Assembly (NCBI GenBank): GCA_046351595.1
Contig: JAXLYE010000002.1
Span: 1,560,022 to 1,624,021, forward strand
DNA from: Polyangia bacterium
Lineage (GTDB): Bacteria; Myxococcota_A; Polyangia; Palsa-1104; JAEUJZ01
DNA length: 64,000 nucleotides
Direction of reading: 5' to 3'
Positions 43,832 to 53,367 of this stretch are shown here, piece by piece; position 1 is the first letter of the stretch; every line of letters begins with the position of its first letter. The notes under the pieces were generated by a model. The model ran no database searches. It was not told the DNA's origin and worked only from the letters and a program-made list of their open reading frames with translations. Position numbers and translations under genes: made by a program.

Positions 43832-44833
43832 TCAGCGCACGCGCCGGCGCAGCAGGAGCAGGCAGGCCCCGGCCACGAAGATCGCGGTCCAGGGCGCCGC
43901 GCCCGTCGCGCCCGAGGCTCCCGTCGCCGTGGTGCAGCCCGTCGCCATGGCGGGATCCCCGGGGGCGCCGGGCGTGCCGGGCGGGCAGGTGGCCTCGGTG
44001 CAGGTGCCGCCGCCGGCCAGCGTGAGGACCGCGGTGCTGTCGTTGTCCGCGGCGTTCGTGTCATAGGTCGCCGAGCGCAGCTGCGCCTGCAGCCGGAAGC
44101 TGCCCGCGGCCGGCGGCATGAGCAGGGTCAGCGTCAGGTTGGTGAGGCCCGCGGTGACCTTGGTCCTGCTGCAGGTGGCGGTCGCGCCGTCGACCTGGCA
44201 GGTCCAGCCGTCGCCTCTGGCGTCCGAGAAGGTCGCGCCGTCGCTCAGTGTGATGGTGAGCGTCGCGACCTGGCTGAAGTAGTAGGCCTGCGGGAGCGTG
44301 CTCGGGACGCCGATCAGGATGGTGTCGGGCGAGGCCGCCGCGCTCGTGCCGAAGCTGGCGTTGCTGCTCGGGAAGTTGGTGGTGAGCTTCTGCGCCTGCG
44401 TCCAGGTGGTGCCGCTGCGCTGGAAGACGTAGGCGGCTCCTGAGTCCTGCCCTTTGAGGTCTGCGGAGGTAGCTCCGAACACCGCGGTGTCCCCCGACAG
44501 CGCGACGGTGATGCCGAAGCTGGAGCCTACCGTGTCCGACGGAGTGAGCCTCGCTTCCTCGAACCAGCGGGTGCCGCTGCGGGTGTGGATATACGAGGTA
44601 CCGACCGCGTAGTCCCCCACGACCACGGTGCTCCCGGAGAGCGCGAGCTGCGTCCGGAACGCGGTCTGCAGCATCACGCCCGAAGGCTGGACTGTGGACT
44701 GCTGCGCCCAGTACGTCGCCGCCGCCTCCACCTTGGTGCTGCTCGTCGCGAGCGCGAGGATCAAGGCGGCACACAGACAGCGCAGACAGGAAGGCGAAGG
44801 CCGGGGCCGCAGATTCTGGAAACTCTCGCTCAT
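43832..44833 (-). CDS. Secreted FG-GAP-like repeat protein with a MYXO-CTERM-like sorting tail
   Basis: The ribosome-binding site GGAGGA precedes the ATG. The signal peptide reads LRCLCAALILALATSS. Repeated ...SSFG..VALSGDTAVFGA...GAAYVF motifs occur. The C-terminus is ...ATGCTTATGASGATGAAPWTAIFVAGACLLLLRRRVR. Confidence 0.75.
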   Translation of the reverse strand: MSESFQNLRPRPSPSCLRCLCAALILALATSSTKVEAAATYWAQQSTVQPSGVMLQTAFRTQLALSGSTVVVGDYAVGTSYIHTRSGTRWFEEARLTPSDTVGSSFGITVALSGDTAVFGATSADLKGQDSGAAYVFQRSGTTWTQAQKLTTNFPSSNASFGTSAAASPDTILIGVPSTLPQAYYFSQVATLTITLSDGATFSDARGDGWTCQVDGATATCSRTKVTAGLTNLTLTLLMPPAAGSFRLQAQLRSATYDTNAADNDSTAVLTLAGGGTCTEATCPPGTPGAPGDPAMATGCTTATGASGATGAAPWTAIFVAGACLLLLRRRVR

Positions 44834-45238
44834 CTCATCCTCCGCCCAGGTAGTGCCGGGTCGACGCATAGACCTTGGCACGGCACCATTTCTGATTGGT
44901 GGCTTTCCGGCAAGACGCGGAGAACGGAGCGATTTTCAGAGTACGGATCTGCCTCTTTTTGCAATCGGGAGTGCTACGTACGGCGCAAGAGGAATGTACG
45001 GACTCTGCTCCTGAGCCATGTTCCCGTTCCGTTCCCGGCGCCCCGCAATCCTGAAGCGTCCTCCGGGTATCGGCGGGGCCGGACCGTTTCCGCGGGAGTA
45101 CAGACTGTCCCACGCGCGCGCTGGACCAACCTGTGTAGTGCTCACCCGGCGGTCCCCGGCGCGGGTCCTGGCCGGTGTTCCCAGGACCTGGCCGGACGGA
45201 GCGCGGCGCCCTGGGAAGGACGCGGCTAGAATGCCCGC

Positions 45239-45622
45239 ATGATCCTCGGCATCCACCACGTCCAGATCACGGTCCCCAAGGGCAGCGAGGCGGCGGCCCG
45301 CGCCTTCTACTGCGAGCTGCTCGGTCTGGTCGAGGTCGCGAAGCCCGCGGTGCTGGTCCCGCGCGGCGGGTTCTGGCTCGCGGCCGGGGCGCTGCAGGTG
45401 CACGTCGGGGTCGAAGACGGCGTCGAGCGCGGCGCCACCAAGGCCCACGTCGCCTACGAGGTGCTCGACCTCGGCGCCTGGCGCGCCCGCCTCGAGCGCG
45501 CGGGGATCGAGATCCTGCCCGGCATCCGCCTGCCCGGCATCGAGCGCTTCGAGTTCCGCGATCCGTTCGGGAACCGCGTCGAGTTCATCGAGCGGATCCG
45601 TGACGGCGCGCACTCCGGCTGA
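45239..45622 (+). CDS. VOC family protein (glyoxalase / bleomycin-resistance fold)
   Basis: The product reads MILGIHHVQITVPKG...AFYCELLGL...FRDPFGNRVEF. Confidence 0.85.
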   Translation: MILGIHHVQITVPKGSEAAARAFYCELLGLVEVAKPAVLVPRGGFWLAAGALQVHVGVEDGVERGATKAHVAYEVLDLGAWRARLERAGIEILPGIRLPGIERFEFRDPFGNRVEFIERIRDGAHSG

Positions 45623-46634
45623 GCACTGGGTCTGCTGCGTGCTCGCTGCGGGTCTGCAGCTCGCGTTCCGCAGGTGCTCCCGGGCGCGACGCCTTGCTGC
45701 CGCTCCGTTCCCCGCCCGCGGCCCCTGGCGCCGTGGGCGCTGCGCCGCCGCGGGGAACGCCCGGGCTCGGGTCTGCGACGGCGGGCTCACTCTGCGCTGG
45801 AACGGCGACTCGCTCTACTGGTTCAGCGCGCTCAGCGGCAAGTCGCTCACCCCGCTGCGCACCGAGGTCCAGAACAGCCTCGAGATCACCGACGTCTGGG
45901 TCGAGCCGGGCACGCGCGACGTCAGCATGATCTCGTGGAACGCCGCCACCTCGTCGCTCTACTTCGGGTTCGGCTCGCCCGACGAGGACAGCGTGCAGTT
46001 CATCAACCCGACCGAGGAGGCCGGGAGCGGCCTGGACCCGGCCGGGACCAAGGACTGCAAGGGCGCGGCGGCCGCGATGTTCGTGCCGCGCAAGCCGCTG
46101 TCCATCGCCTGCTCGCGCGCCAACAGCGGCGACTGCTGGGTCAGCGGCGAGAAGAACCTGCTTCTCTTCCACGGCCCGCGCAACCCGATCCAGAACTACC
46201 GCGACTGCAGCAACAGCCTGGTCTTCAGCCCGCCGGGCCCGGCGCTGCGCGCCCTGCACGTCCTGACCGACGCGTCCAACTACGAGAAGTACGACTACGT
46301 CGGCGTCGGCGACGGCGGCGCCTTCTTCACCGGCGGTCGCGATCCGGTCCTCGCCATGCCGCCGCTGAACCTGCCGCCCTACATCGGCCCGGTGGTGCCG
46401 GGCGGCATGCGGCCCGCCGTCCCCTTCACCGCGGCGACGATGACCAAGCCCGGCGTCGCGCTGGTCGGCGGCGCCGGCGGCTACGTCGGCCGCATCGCCA
46501 ACCCCGGCACGGGCTACGTGGCGACCCCGATTGCGCTCGGCACCACCGACGACGTCTCGGACCTGACCGTGGTGCGCGACCACCTGCTGGTGACGACCAA
46601 GGGCGGCCAGCTCTTCGACCTCGCGGTCCCCTGA
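45600..46634 (+). CDS. Hypothetical protein with an uncertain start
   Basis: Good codon bias runs from about 45770 onward (...LRWNGDSLYWFSALSGKSL...). The first 50 codons are Arg-rich and may not be translated. Confidence 0.5.
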   Translation: MTARTPAEHWVCCVLAAGLQLAFRRCSRARRLAAAPFPARGPWRRGRCAAAGNARARVCDGGLTLRWNGDSLYWFSALSGKSLTPLRTEVQNSLEITDVWVEPGTRDVSMISWNAATSSLYFGFGSPDEDSVQFINPTEEAGSGLDPAGTKDCKGAAAAMFVPRKPLSIACSRANSGDCWVSGEKNLLLFHGPRNPIQNYRDCSNSLVFSPPGPALRALHVLTDASNYEKYDYVGVGDGGAFFTGGRDPVLAMPPLNLPPYIGPVVPGGMRPAVPFTAATMTKPGVALVGGAGGYVGRIANPGTGYVATPIALGTTDDVSDLTVVRDHLLVTTKGGQLFDLAVP

Positions 46635-46759
46635 TACATGGGGCACTCTCCCGTGCCCCCTCATCGAGCAAAGCTCGATGAGCCTCCCCCCCGCCGCGCG
46701 TTTTTCGCGCGGGTTTTGTCACCGGACAGAGTCCGGTGCGCTGTGTATGGGGTCGCGCC

Positions 46760-48757
46760 CTACGGCGACTGCGGCCGCGGCGCCGGCGGCAGGTCCGAGG
46801 GGCACGAGGCCGGCCACGACGCGTCGATGACGCCGGAGCGGCTGCGGTCGCCGCGCTGCTCGGGCAGGTCGCAGAGGTTGATGTCGCTCGCCTCGCCGCC
46901 CTGCACCAGGCGCGTGCGCACGAACAGCTTCTCGCCCTCGCCGTACAGGCCCTGCTTCGGCAGCGGACCGCGGAAGCGCACGCGGTGCAGCACGCGGTAG
47001 TCTGGCGGCGCCGTGATGTCCTCGGCCATAAGCCGCCCCGCCGACGCCGCTGTCACCTCGACGCCGCCGTCGCGCGGCTGCAGCGACAGCCGCAGCATGT
47101 CGCCCAGCCCGTCGCCCGGCGTGCTCCGGCTCGAGAAGAAGCGGCGCTCGAACGCGCCGTCGCTGGCGCTCACGCCGCGCACGCTCAGCACGAGCCGCGT
47201 CGGATCGTCGACCGGCTCGCCCGGCCGCTCGCGCGCCGTCAGCAGCCGCCGGCACAGCGCCACCCACTCGGCGCCGTCGTCGGACTCCAGCCGCAGGCAG
47301 CCGTCGCCGCGCGCCAGCTCGGCGCCGTCGCTGCCGCGCGGCACCGGCTGCTCGGCGTTGCTCGGCGTCGCGATGGCGTCGCTGCTCACGACCGTCTCCC
47401 ACGTCGCCGCCCCGGTGGTGCGGCGGAAGCGGAACAGCCCGTCGCTGGCGCTGTAGTTGTAGAAGAGCAGGCGCTGCCCCGGCTCGCGCAGCGCCTCGGC
47501 CGACAGCGGCTCGCCGCCGCGCAGCCACGCCGGATCGTACAGCCGCCGCGCCGGATCGCGCGCATAGTCACTCGGCACGCGCGGCCCGTCCTCGACGAAG
47601 GCCCACGACCAGTCGGTCAGCAGGAAGTGGTAGCGGCTGCGTAGCGCGTCCTCCTGCCGGCTGCGCGTGGTGACATCGAGCGAGCGCAGAAGCCCGCGCG
47701 CGCGCCGCAGCTGCTCGCCGTCCAGCCGCAGCTGCTCGCCGCACGGCTGCACCGGCAGCTCCGACAGCGGCACGCCCGCGCGCACGACCTCGCCGCGCTC
47801 GTTGGTGATCGGCGCGTCCTTGATCTCCCACAGCACCGAGTTCTGGCGCGCCCGCTGCAGCAGCTCGCTCGGGATCTCGCGCCCCGGGAACCACGGCCGC
47901 CCCAGCGCGTCCTTGCCGCCGTCGGCCTGGCCGCTGCCGCAGAGGTTGAACACCGAGCGCAGCGGGAACGCCGCGCGCGCCTGGATGTCGCCCTCGCCGG
48001 CGTAGCGCGCCCAGTCGTAGTGGTTGGCGCTCCAGTTGCCGGCCATCGACACCAGGAAGCGGCCGCGCAGCGCGTCGATCGTCGGCCAGCCCGCGCGCTC
48101 GCCGCACTCGAGCAGCGTGCTCGCGCCGCGGCAGGCGGTGCGGTTTAGGTACTCGGCCGGCTGGTACAGCGCCGGCGCGAGGTAGCGGCGGATCGTCTGA
48201 TCGAGCTGCTCGGGCGTGTGCTCGGCATCGAAGACGTTGTCGCTCGCGCGGTAAAACACCACGGGCTCGGTCTGTTTGAGCTCGATGTGGACGGTGATGA
48301 TCTCGTGCAGCGGCAGCGCGTAGTGCAGCGCCTGCACCCGCATCAGGCAGTCGTCCAGGTACTCGCACTGCGTGTTCTGATCGGGGTGGGACACCGTGTG
48401 GTAGACGCGCCAGCGCCCGGGCTCGGCCTTGTGGACGTCGAACTCGATCATCCCGGCGCGCCCGAACAAGAGCACGTCCGAGAGGCGCTGATCCGCGCCC
48501 GAGGCCAGCGCCTCGGGCACGTTGCTGGCGAAGTAGTTGTTGTGGCTGGACAGCGCGTAGGTCTGATCCAGCGTCGGGAAGACCGGCGGCGGGCCGGGCG
48601 GCGCCGCGGCCAGCGTCTCGATCGGCACCGGCGGTGAGCACGCGCCGATCAGCGCGACGGCACTGAGCACCAAGAGCCCGGCGCGCGCCCGCCTGCCCGC
48701 CTGCCGCCTGCCCGTCACCCGCCCAGGAAACAAAGGCTCAAGCTTCTGCCTCATCAT
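46760..48757 (-). CDS. Lipoprotein with a PI-PLC-like (X-domain) phosphodiesterase region
   Basis: The ribosome-binding site AAGGAG precedes the MM start. The lipobox is LIGACSPP. The segment YALSSHNNYF...GMIEFDVHKAEPGRWRVYH resembles the PLC-like phosphodiesterase superfamily. It lies 83 bp downstream of the AAA+/TPR gene on the same strand. Confidence 0.7.
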   Translation of the reverse strand: MMRQKLEPLFPGRVTGRRQAGRRARAGLLVLSAVALIGACSPPVPIETLAAAPPGPPPVFPTLDQTYALSSHNNYFASNVPEALASGADQRLSDVLLFGRAGMIEFDVHKAEPGRWRVYHTVSHPDQNTQCEYLDDCLMRVQALHYALPLHEIITVHIELKQTEPVVFYRASDNVFDAEHTPEQLDQTIRRYLAPALYQPAEYLNRTACRGASTLLECGERAGWPTIDALRGRFLVSMAGNWSANHYDWARYAGEGDIQARAAFPLRSVFNLCGSGQADGGKDALGRPWFPGREIPSELLQRARQNSVLWEIKDAPITNERGEVVRAGVPLSELPVQPCGEQLRLDGEQLRRARGLLRSLDVTTRSRQEDALRSRYHFLLTDWSWAFVEDGPRVPSDYARDPARRLYDPAWLRGGEPLSAEALREPGQRLLFYNYSASDGLFRFRRTTGAATWETVVSSDAIATPSNAEQPVPRGSDGAELARGDGCLRLESDDGAEWVALCRRLLTARERPGEPVDDPTRLVLSVRGVSASDGAFERRFFSSRSTPGDGLGDMLRLSLQPRDGGVEVTAASAGRLMAEDITAPPDYRVLHRVRFRGPLPKQGLYGEGEKLFVRTRLVQGGEASDINLCDLPEQRGDRSRSGVIDASWPASCPSDLPPAPRPQSP

Positions 48758-48839
48758 CGCTCCTTGTCTCCCCGTTATGACATCGAGCGCTCGCGCGCTC
48801 ATCCTGACACCGAGCGCCACGCGCTCGTTTGCCGCTGGG

Positions 48840-51728
48840 CTACAGCTCGGCGAGCACGGCGCGCAGCTCATCGCCCAGGCGCATGCGCAGCCGGTCGGCG
48901 ATCTGCACCGCCTCGCGCAGGGCCGCGCGCGCCGAGCCGCGCTTGCCGCGCTCGATGAGGTGGCGACCGAGCGCCGCCAGCGCGTGCGCGAGGTTGGCCT
49001 GGTCGTCGATCTCGCGCAAGAGCGCCACGGCGCGGCGGAAGCAGTCCCAGGCCGGCGGCTCGCCCTCGGCGCTCTCGTCGAACAGCGTCGCGGCGTGGGC
49101 CTCGCCGAGCGCCAGCAGGGCGCGGCCGATGACCGGCTTCAGGCCGCTCTGCTGCGCCTGATCGAGCGCCTTTTCGCACAGCGCCACCGCGCCCTGCTGA
49201 TCGCCGCGGCGCAGCCGGATGAGCCCGAGCAGCCGCTTGATCTCGGCGAGCACCAGGCGATCCGTCAGCCGCTGCGCGACCGCGCTCGCCCGCACAAGGC
49301 GCGCCTCGGCCTCGTCGAGCAGGCCCTCGTACAAGAGCGCCTCGCCGAGGTGACACTCGACCCAGGCGAGCAGCGACGTCGGGCCGAGCGGCTCGCACAG
49401 CGGCAGCGCCTCTTCGAAGCGCGCGCGCGCCGACACCACCTCGCCGCGCAAGAGGTCGACGCAGCCCAGCGCATCGAGGCCGGCCGCGTGCAGGCTGGGG
49501 TCGCCGTCGTGCTTGCGCAGCGCCTCCTCGAAGCACCCCACGGCCGGATCGATGAGTCCGCGCAATAGTTCGATAAAACCGATATGGAGCAGCGACGTCG
49601 CGACCTTGCGCCGGTCGCCCAGGCGCCGCCGCAGCTCGAGCGCGCGCGCCGAGTGGTCGAGCGCCTCGCCGAGCCGCCCGAGCAGCCACTGCACCTGCCC
49701 CAGGTCGTCGAGCGCGTCGGCGCGGCCGCCGTCGTCCCCGAGGTCCTGGAACATCGCCATGGCGCGGGTCAGAAGGTCGATGGCCTGGACCGGATCGCCC
49801 TTGTGGCGATGGATGTCGCCCATCCAGTACAGCGCCCGCGCCGCCTGCGCCCGCGAGGCCATCGCGAACGACAGCCGCACCGCGCGCTCGCACGCCCGCA
49901 GCGCCGCGTCCAGGTCGCCGAGCGTCCGCAGCACCTCGGCGGACTTCATCCACAGCGTCACCTGCGCGCCGAGATCCACGGCGTCGGTACAGGCGAGCGC
50001 CCGCAGGAGCAGCCGCGGCGCCCGCGACAGCGCGCCGCGCTCGATCGAGAGCTCGGCCGCGCGGTGGTAGCGCCGCGCCGCCTCGGCGCCGTAGCCCGCG
50101 CGCTCCAGGTGCCGCGCCACCACCTCCTTGACCTCCTCGCGGTCGCCGCCGCGCGCGAGCTCGAGCCGCTGCGCGATCAGGTGGTGGCAGCGCCGCCGCC
50201 GCTCGGGCGCGATGCCGCTGTAGACGACCTCCTGCCACGGCGGGTAGGCGAAGCGGTACTCGCGCTCGCCCGCGATCTGGCTGTGCGGCCGCGGCAGCAG
50301 CACGCCCTGGCTGATCAGCTGATCGAGCAGCTCCACCACCGACGTCGCGATCAGGTCGCTGCCGCCCAGCACGTCGCTGAGCTCGGGCCCCTCGGGGGCG
50401 CCGTCGCCCGCGCCCTGCTGCGTGATGCCCGTGGCCTGACAGCGCGCCAGCATCAGCAGCATGCCGGTGTGGAAGTGCTCGCCGCAGACGGCCGCGTGCT
50501 CCAAGAGCTCGCGCGAGGCCGGCGCCATCGCCTGCCAGCGCGCCGCGACCAGGCCGTCGAAGCTGTCGGGCAGGGGCTGCTCGGCCAGGCGATCGTGGTC
50601 CCACTGCGGCAGGAGCGAGCCGCTGCTGTCGCTCGGTAGCCACGAGAGCACGCCGGTCTCGACGAGCAGCCGCACCAGCTCGACCACCGCGCGCGGCGAG
50701 CCCTCGGCGGTCTGCATCACGTGCTCGAGCAGCCGCGGCGGCAGCTCGTCGGGCTCGCTGCCGACGACCGCGCCGAGCAGCTCCGCGGTCTCCTCCGGCG
50801 GCATCGGCAACAGCTCGATGGGCTCGGGCTTGATCACGGCGCCGCCGAAGTCCGGGAACGCGTCGAGCAGCTCGGGCCGCGCGGCCAGGCCGATGACCAC
50901 CGGCAGGTCGGCCAGCCCGTCGAGCAGGTAGCTGACCAGGGCCATCGTCTCGGGCGTCGCGTGCTCCATCTCGTCGAGCAGGAGCACCAGCGGGCCGCGC
51001 CGCGCCTCGGCCGCGAGGAACCGCCGCAGCGCCAGGTGCAGCCGCGGCTCGCTGCGCATGAGCGAGATGCTGCCCGTGAGCGGGCCGCCGTCGGGCACCG
51101 GCAGCTGCAGCAGCTCGCCGAGCACGTTGGCGACCTCGGTGGCGCGCACCGCCGGCAGGAGCGTCCGGCACACGCGCACCAGCTTGTCGCGCGCCGCGTT
51201 CGCCGGCTCGTGGGGAAGGAGGTCGCAGCGCCGGCGCAGCAGCTCGACGAAGACGCTGAACGGCCCCGCGCCCTCGCCGCCCATGCGCGCGAGCAGCACG
51301 CGCTCCCGCGAGAGCGCCAGGTGCTGCACGATCAGGCGCCGCAGCTCGCGCAAAAGGCGCGTCTTGCCCAGCCCCGGCGCCCCGACCAGAAGGAAGCTGC
51401 GCAGCCGCGACTCTTCGCTGACGCCCTCGACCAGCCGGGCCAGGGCCTGCAGCTCGGCGCTGCGCCCGCACCAGGGCACCTCGCTGTCCGGCGTTTCTTC
51501 AGGGCCCAACGGCGTTGGCGGGCCGAGCGGCGTCGGCGGGCCCGGCGGCGGGGTCGACGAGGCGGAGCTGGCCGGCATCGGCCCGTCGGGCGCAAACGCC
51601 GACGGCGGCCCGCCCAGCGCGGCGAACGGATCGAAGTCGAGCCGCGGCACCTGCGCGGTGCGACAGCTTCCACATATCTCGGTGCCCTCGGGGACGGGCG
51701 CTTGGCAGCTCTGGCAGCGGCTCCGCAT
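48840..51728 (-). CDS. Large NTPase with a zinc ribbon, a P-loop AAA+/STAND-type domain and TPR repeats
   Basis: The N-terminal zinc ribbon is CQSCQ...CGSC. The Walker A motif is GAPGLGKT and the Walker B motif is LVLLLDEME. More than 10 TPR-like repeats follow. No HTH or kinase domain is present. Confidence 0.85.
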   Translation of the reverse strand: MRSRCQSCQAPVPEGTEICGSCRTAQVPRLDFDPFAALGGPPSAFAPDGPMPASSASSTPPPGPPTPLGPPTPLGPEETPDSEVPWCGRSAELQALARLVEGVSEESRLRSFLLVGAPGLGKTRLLRELRRLIVQHLALSRERVLLARMGGEGAGPFSVFVELLRRRCDLLPHEPANAARDKLVRVCRTLLPAVRATEVANVLGELLQLPVPDGGPLTGSISLMRSEPRLHLALRRFLAAEARRGPLVLLLDEMEHATPETMALVSYLLDGLADLPVVIGLAARPELLDAFPDFGGAVIKPEPIELLPMPPEETAELLGAVVGSEPDELPPRLLEHVMQTAEGSPRAVVELVRLLVETGVLSWLPSDSSGSLLPQWDHDRLAEQPLPDSFDGLVAARWQAMAPASRELLEHAAVCGEHFHTGMLLMLARCQATGITQQGAGDGAPEGPELSDVLGGSDLIATSVVELLDQLISQGVLLPRPHSQIAGEREYRFAYPPWQEVVYSGIAPERRRRCHHLIAQRLELARGGDREEVKEVVARHLERAGYGAEAARRYHRAAELSIERGALSRAPRLLLRALACTDAVDLGAQVTLWMKSAEVLRTLGDLDAALRACERAVRLSFAMASRAQAARALYWMGDIHRHKGDPVQAIDLLTRAMAMFQDLGDDGGRADALDDLGQVQWLLGRLGEALDHSARALELRRRLGDRRKVATSLLHIGFIELLRGLIDPAVGCFEEALRKHDGDPSLHAAGLDALGCVDLLRGEVVSARARFEEALPLCEPLGPTSLLAWVECHLGEALLYEGLLDEAEARLVRASAVAQRLTDRLVLAEIKRLLGLIRLRRGDQQGAVALCEKALDQAQQSGLKPVIGRALLALGEAHAATLFDESAEGEPPAWDCFRRAVALLREIDDQANLAHALAALGRHLIERGKRGSARAALREAVQIADRLRMRLGDELRAVLAEL

Positions 51729-51897
51729 CGGGTGATGCGTAGCCCGTCTGCGCCGCGGGGTGCAAGTGCAGATTCCTGCGCGCCCACCCGCCGCGGGCCT
51801 GCGCGCGCCCCGCCCCGCGGCGACCGTCCCCGCCGGGAGTCGACCGTCGAAAACGGCCGCGGCACGGGCCGCTGCGGCCGGTGCCAGGGCGCAGGCC

Positions 51898-52016
51898 TCA
51901 TGCACAGGGAACCAGACTTTGTCCGGTGACAAACCCGCGCGGGGAGCGCGCGGCGGGGGGAGGCTCGTCGAGCTCTGCTCGACGAGGGGGCACGGGAAAG
52001 TGCCCCCTGTATAAGA
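51898..52016 (+). ncRNA. Copy 2 of the four-hairpin repeated element
   Basis: It is about 80% identical to copy 1. The third stem uses a different sequence but remains perfectly paired (CTCGTCGAGC / GCTCGACGAG). The loop of the second stem differs (GGGAG versus AGAAA). Confidence 0.4.
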
Positions 52017-52342
52017 AAAAAAACGGCAAAAAATTTGCTCGCTTGATCGACCGACCCCAGCATGGGCGCGTGTCTGTGGGCACCGATCTAAATAGCCACA
52101 TAACGCCGTCGCGACAGCGCCATAAGCGCGGCGAAGTGCTGGCTATGATTGAAACGTTTCAAGAGGTTTCACAGGCGCAGGACCTCGGTCACGGGCTCCA
52201 CCACGGCCGACCGGCTGCCGAGCGGGCCGCGCCCCATGCCGGCCCCGCTGCAGACCCCGATGCCGGCCCCGGCACCAAGCGGCCGAGGCGTGCGCGCGGC
52301 GCTTCCGCTGCGGCCGCCTACCGTGCGAACATCTCTGCCGAG

Positions 52343-53233
52343 ATGATCTCGCCAGCCAGGGGGGCCGGGGTCGGGGGCGCGAAGGTGAACCCGGTGGGGC
52401 CGCGGCCGTTCCTCAAGTGGGCCGGCGGCAAGCGCCAGCTGTTGCCCGAGCTTCTGGCCCGGCTGCCGGCCTCGTTCCGTCGCTACCACGAGCCGTTCCT
52501 GGGCGGCGGCGCGCTGTTCTTCGCGCTCGCCGAGCGCGGCCACGAGGGCGCCCGCGGCGCCGTCCTGTCCGACGTCAACCCCGAGCTCGTCAACGCCTAT
52601 AAGGTCGTGCGCGATCGCGTCGAGACGCTCATCACGCTGCTCGGCGCATTCCGCAATGAAGAAGAGTTTTATTACCAGGTTCGTGAGCAGGACCCGAGCC
52701 AGCTCGATCCCGTGCAGCGGGCGGCGCGCCTCATCTACTTGAATAAGACCTGCTTCAACGGCTTGTTTCGCGAAAACCGGAACGGGCGATTCAACGTTCC
52801 GTTTGGCCGATACCGCCAGCCGCTGATCTGCGCACCGAACGAGCTGCGTGCCGCCAGCAAGGCGCTGCGCGGCGCCTCGATCGAGCGCCGCCCGTTCGAG
52901 GCCGCCCTGGATCTGGCCGGCCCCGGCGACTTCGTCTACTGCGACCCGCCCTACGCGCCGATCAGCCGCACCGCCTCGTTCACCGGCTACACCGGCGGCG
53001 GCTTCGACGAGGCGGCGCAGCGGCGCCTGGCCGAGCGCGTGCGCAGCCTCGGCGCCGCCGGCGTGCACGTGCTGGTCTCGAACTCGTGGGTGCCGCTGAC
53101 GCAGTCGCTGTACGACGGGCTGCGCATCGAGAAGGTGCTCGCCAGCCGGGCCATCAACAGCCGCGGCGACCGGCGCGGCAAGGTGCCCGAGCTGCTGGCC
53201 GCCGCCGGCCCCGCGGGCTCGACGGGCTGCTAA
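52343..53233 (+). CDS. Dam-family (alpha-class, D12) DNA N6-adenine methyltransferase, an orphan with no adjacent restriction gene
   Basis: The motifs are FLKWAGGKRQLLPEL, NKTCFNGLFRENRNGRFNVPFG and YCDPPY. An in-frame extension back to the ATG at 52145 is possible but begins with poor codons. Confidence 0.85.
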   Translation: MISPARGAGVGGAKVNPVGPRPFLKWAGGKRQLLPELLARLPASFRRYHEPFLGGGALFFALAERGHEGARGAVLSDVNPELVNAYKVVRDRVETLITLLGAFRNEEEFYYQVREQDPSQLDPVQRAARLIYLNKTCFNGLFRENRNGRFNVPFGRYRQPLICAPNELRAASKALRGASIERRPFEAALDLAGPGDFVYCDPPYAPISRTASFTGYTGGGFDEAAQRRLAERVRSLGAAGVHVLVSNSWVPLTQSLYDGLRIEKVLASRAINSRGDRRGKVPELLAAAGPAGSTGC

Positions 53234-53367
53234 ACCGCGCCCCAGATGAAACCTGAAGTTTTGCGATAGGCGGGGGTGACGCCGGAGGCAGGGCTCCCGA
53301 CGCGCAAGCGGCGGGATGCCGCAGGCGGCAGGACCCGCGCCGATCCGTATCTCGTGCGGGGCGTGGT

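Noticed and set aside
48868-51471. 867-aa alternative-frame ORF overlapping the AAA+/TPR NTPase, and the + strand ORFs 49584-50639 and 50721-51929
   Set aside because: These are extreme Arg/Ala/Gly/Pro low-complexity sequence. The 48840-51728 frame carries Walker A/B motifs and TPRs.
51881-52342. Upstream extension of the dam-like ORF (GTG at 51881 / MIETFQ at 52145)
   Set aside because: Read from 51881, the frame runs through the conserved hairpin element and the A-rich promoter. Dam enzymes begin a few residues before the K-W-A-G-G-K motif, so the ATG at 52343 is preferred. The 52145 start is kept only as a noted possibility.
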